Of a DNA stretch of 64,000 bases, positions 61,131 through 64,000 are shown one piece after another. The position numbers and the translations under genes were made by a program. Position 1 is the first letter of the stretch, and every line of letters starts with the position of its first letter. Where the stretch lies: the NCBI GenBank assembly GCA_905178155.1, contig CAJINV010000003.1:2831715-2895714 (forward strand), in the 5' to 3' direction. The notes under the pieces are model-generated. The model did no database searches. It was not told where the DNA came from and saw nothing but the letters and a program-made list of their open reading frames with translations. This DNA is from Amoebophrya sp. A120. Taxonomy: Eukaryota; Protista; Dinoflagellata.

Positions 61131-63298
61131 TCAGTATTTGGAATTCCTTTCGCCCGCTCCCGCTAGACGCACAAGCGCGCTACTCCCCGATCCGCTTCCC
61201 GCTCCCCGCAACAAGGAGCTTCTCGCAGTCAAACCACCTGCATTTTTCGGTTCTGCTGCCCCGGATAAGGCCGGGCGATCGAAAATAAAGGGACCGTCGT
61301 CGGGCCCGTCACTTTCCTGTGCTCGTGCCTCTGCCTGCTCCCTTTCCAGTTTGGAAAAATATTCATCCCATCCACCGCCTAGGTCCTCGTCGCTATGGAA
61401 GCGTCAGGTTTGAAATCGCCAAGGTTGAAATAATTTGTGATGCATAAAATGCGTAGCGCGAAATGCGTGCGTTGCAGAGCAGGCAAGGGGGGCCGATTGT
61501 AAGCCTCTTCGGGGTTAGAGCTCGAGCTGCTGAAGTAGCATGAGAAAATCAGTCATCTTTGCCTAAACAGCATGACAAACTGGATTTAGGCATCGCCAAA
61601 ATTTGTCATGCGCTACTTGGAAACTGGGTTCCAACTGGCATCCATTTTATGCATCACAAACTATTTCAACTTTGACGATTTCAATCCTGACAGTTCCATA
61701 GTCGCTGCTCGTCACATCGTTCGCATCCGGATCCGGTGGCGGTTATGCATTTCAAAAATGGTGTCTTGGTCTGGGCTGCGGATAAATGCAACGCTTGCAA
61801 TGGCAGCCAGGCATGACAAGTTTTTGGAAAGCTTTCTGACACCTAGCACACATCACAAATTGTGTCTGCACGTGACAAATCACTTTTTCTCTGCTCAAGC
61901 AACACAGATTTTCCACAAATGCCAGACACGCAGCGTTACAAGTTCCACTTTTCGTCCTTCCAGAGGACCCAGATTGATATAGTATCCTTCTACATTCCAT
62001 AGCGGTTGTTGTACAGCCTCTGCGATGCGGCCCGACCACGGTGTTGGTGCCGGTGCGGCGCGAAAAGCCATAAGCTTCTCAAAAGACGAACTTGCAGCAG
62101 CATCAACTTCCGAGGAGACGGAACTTTTTTTCTCGGCCTTGCGGGTTTTCCGGGCCGCCGCGTTAGGCTTACTCATTGCGGAAGATGAACCTCCAGGGTT
62201 TCGGCCTCCACCACGATGAAGCTGTTGTTGATCGTCCGCACTTAATATTTCTACATCTGGATCCTCGATCGGGGTGCTGCTGTGGCGCGACGCACGTGGA
62301 CCGTTCCTTTTGCCCGGACGATAGGTGAAGATTTTTCCTTCGGCCGAATCTCGCAGTTTTTGTGACGTGTGGCGAAGGACAAAGGGGTCAACATCCGCCG
62401 ACGCAAGCGGAAAATAAATACCGCCTTCCTTTCGTCCTTCCCAAGTTCTTCCGGCTTTCGCTTTTCCACTCGGGCCTTCTTGGCGACGGAGGTTCCGCGA
62501 CTCGCGGAAAGAAGTAGCAGTAACAGGCTCGAAAACAGAAATCAGTGGAGGCACAGGCGGGCCGGCTGAAGTGCGACTGTCACGAGCCGCTGTGCTGGGA
62601 AAAGATGGCAAAGCTGCTGGCTCAGCTTCATCCCCCGATTTCACAGAAGAACGAGAAGCACAACACGAGGACCAGCAAGAGAGGTCGCTGCCCAAAATGG
62701 AGGGGTGCGGCAGCTTAACATCATCTTGCGCCTCGGCGGCAGTTCGTCCCCTGCTGAGGATCATTGTTGCCAGATTCGCACACGCCCGGACTCTCGGCAA
62801 CCTCGGTGTCATCATTGGTTCTGAGCTCGAGATGAATTCTGTGAGGCTGGTGTCGCTTTCTTCGGTCGTGTTTCCGGAGCCAGTAGTTGTTCCTGCTTGT
62901 CCGGCCGCCTTACGAGGCGGGACGTCGCCTTCTTGTTGCATCTCTTCATCATCATGTTGCAGTGCGGCACGCTGTTGTAGTCCGAAGGAAGAGCAGCTTG
63001 TTCCGAAGTTCATCTTCCCGTCACGCAGTAATCTCACAGAATGGCCCCGAGGCAAGCGAAAGGCGGGGTGGCAGTCGGAGACGGAGTCCGAGTCGTTTCT
63101 ACCGGTATAATTCAAGCCGAGGTTGTTCATCTTGCCTTCCACGAAGAATTCTGCATCGCGCGTCCCCAAAAACCCGTTAAGAAATGCGCGACAAATTATC
63201 ACGACACCAAATCCCACAAGGCGAACCTCTCCGCGCCAACCACGTCCCCGGGCTGCCGCAGCACGGAAACCACTCCGGTTCGACAGATAACTGCACAT
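61131..63298 (-). CDS. Low-complexity hypothetical protein (~530 aa) with an N-terminal hydrophobic segment; exons 63298-62002, 61738-61701, 61388-61131
   Basis: Two elements flank a 38-nt micro-exon; the spliced frame reads VQQP-PPDPDANDVTSSD-EDLGGGW...NSKY*. Confidence 0.65.
61394..61700. mobile_element. Introner-like element, 307 bp (family C, inverted relative to 37554-37860), TSD GTCGC
   Basis: ~55-bp TIR TATGGAAGCGTCAGGTTTGAAATCGCCAAGGTTGAAAT...TGTGATGCATAAAAT; perfect TSD. Confidence 0.95.
61744..62001. mobile_element. Introner-like element, 258 bp (diverged family B), TSD GCGGT
   Basis: TAT/ATA ends, B-like TCTGG/CCAGA IR, perfect TSD, internal GCATGACAA at 61811; in-frame removal. 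Confidence 0.9.
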
Positions 63299-64000
63299 CC
63301 TCTTCGCTCCGCGCGTTTCTGTCCGCTGGTCCTAGTCGTTGACTTCTCGTCCACAACTATTAACTTTATTCCTGCTGCAAGAACTACCCGAACTTTTGAC
63401 TCGAAGTTCTTTAGGTCACCTTCTTCTTTTCGTATATTATGCCGGCAGAAAAGAAGACTTGGACTTCTAGTCTGAAGCCTCACAATATACATTCCGGAAG
63501 TAGAAGAACTTGTGTCCTTTATTTCCGCTGCTGCTCCTGTTCCTCGTACGCTTTTTCGTTATTCTGCATTCCTCCTGTGGCCCTCTTTTGCTAATGCTCG
63601 GCTTTTTTCGAAGTCCCGGCCGGAAGTTGTACAGTACTTTGCTGGAGTTCACCTTCACCGCTTAGGGCGATGCTTGCATATCTACTTCTTGTCAATGGAA
63701 AACATAAGTCACTCTCAACAAATATTACCGACATTTTTTCTATCTGTAATACGGGTACAGGTAGAGCAATCAAAACGCCACACTTCTCTAATATCTTGGT
63801 CAAGGAATACTCGTACGAGATCGAAGAGATTATCTTCATGGGCCAGAAAAACATCTGCAGCCGCCCCTGCCGACGCACGCGAGTACGAATTCGGCAGCAG
63901 ACACTACAATCGCGCTCGCGCCACGCCACCAAGTAGCACTTGATAAACAACATGACAGAACGCGAGGCCAACGATGCGGGCGAAGGAAACCATCCACCCG

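Overview
Eukaryotic, gene-dense, intron-containing DNA. Every credible gene lies on the minus strand, and the long plus-strand ORFs look like antisense shadows. The dominant feature is a set of at least 21 non-autonomous, MITE-like elements of 138-480 bp inserted inside coding exons. They belong to several sequence families but share one design: 5'-TAT...ATA-3' ends (one has a decayed CAT end), terminal inverted repeats and a 5-bp target-site duplication (10 perfect, 5 at 4/5, 6 decayed); most also carry an internal GCATGACAA-type motif. Removing the element plus 5 nt gives an open, in-frame join in all 21 cases I checked by hand. No element offers GT-AG ends, so they behave as non-canonical introns (introners), and they sit alongside ordinary GT-AG introns. 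This pattern and the one-strand gene order match what I recall for the syndinian dinoflagellate Amoebophrya; that assignment is an inference, not a database result. A local duplication preserves the empty (pre-insertion) site for two elements. Splicing the elements out reveals genes hidden in the ORF track: a ~1350-aa protein with a caspase/metacaspase-type His-Cys dyad, a FAM227/FWWh-like gene, a BMT5/DUF2431 rRNA methyltransferase, a four-member family of single-pass membrane proteins with Met/Gly/Ser/Lys repeats and a PAN/apple-like Cys domain, and an FkbM-like methyltransferase. A GT31 (core-1 galactosyltransferase-like) enzyme and a large multi-PAN/lectin adhesin are also present. I found no rRNA, tRNA, CRISPR array or transposase. 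Gene models are hand-built and several 5' ends and exons are unresolved.
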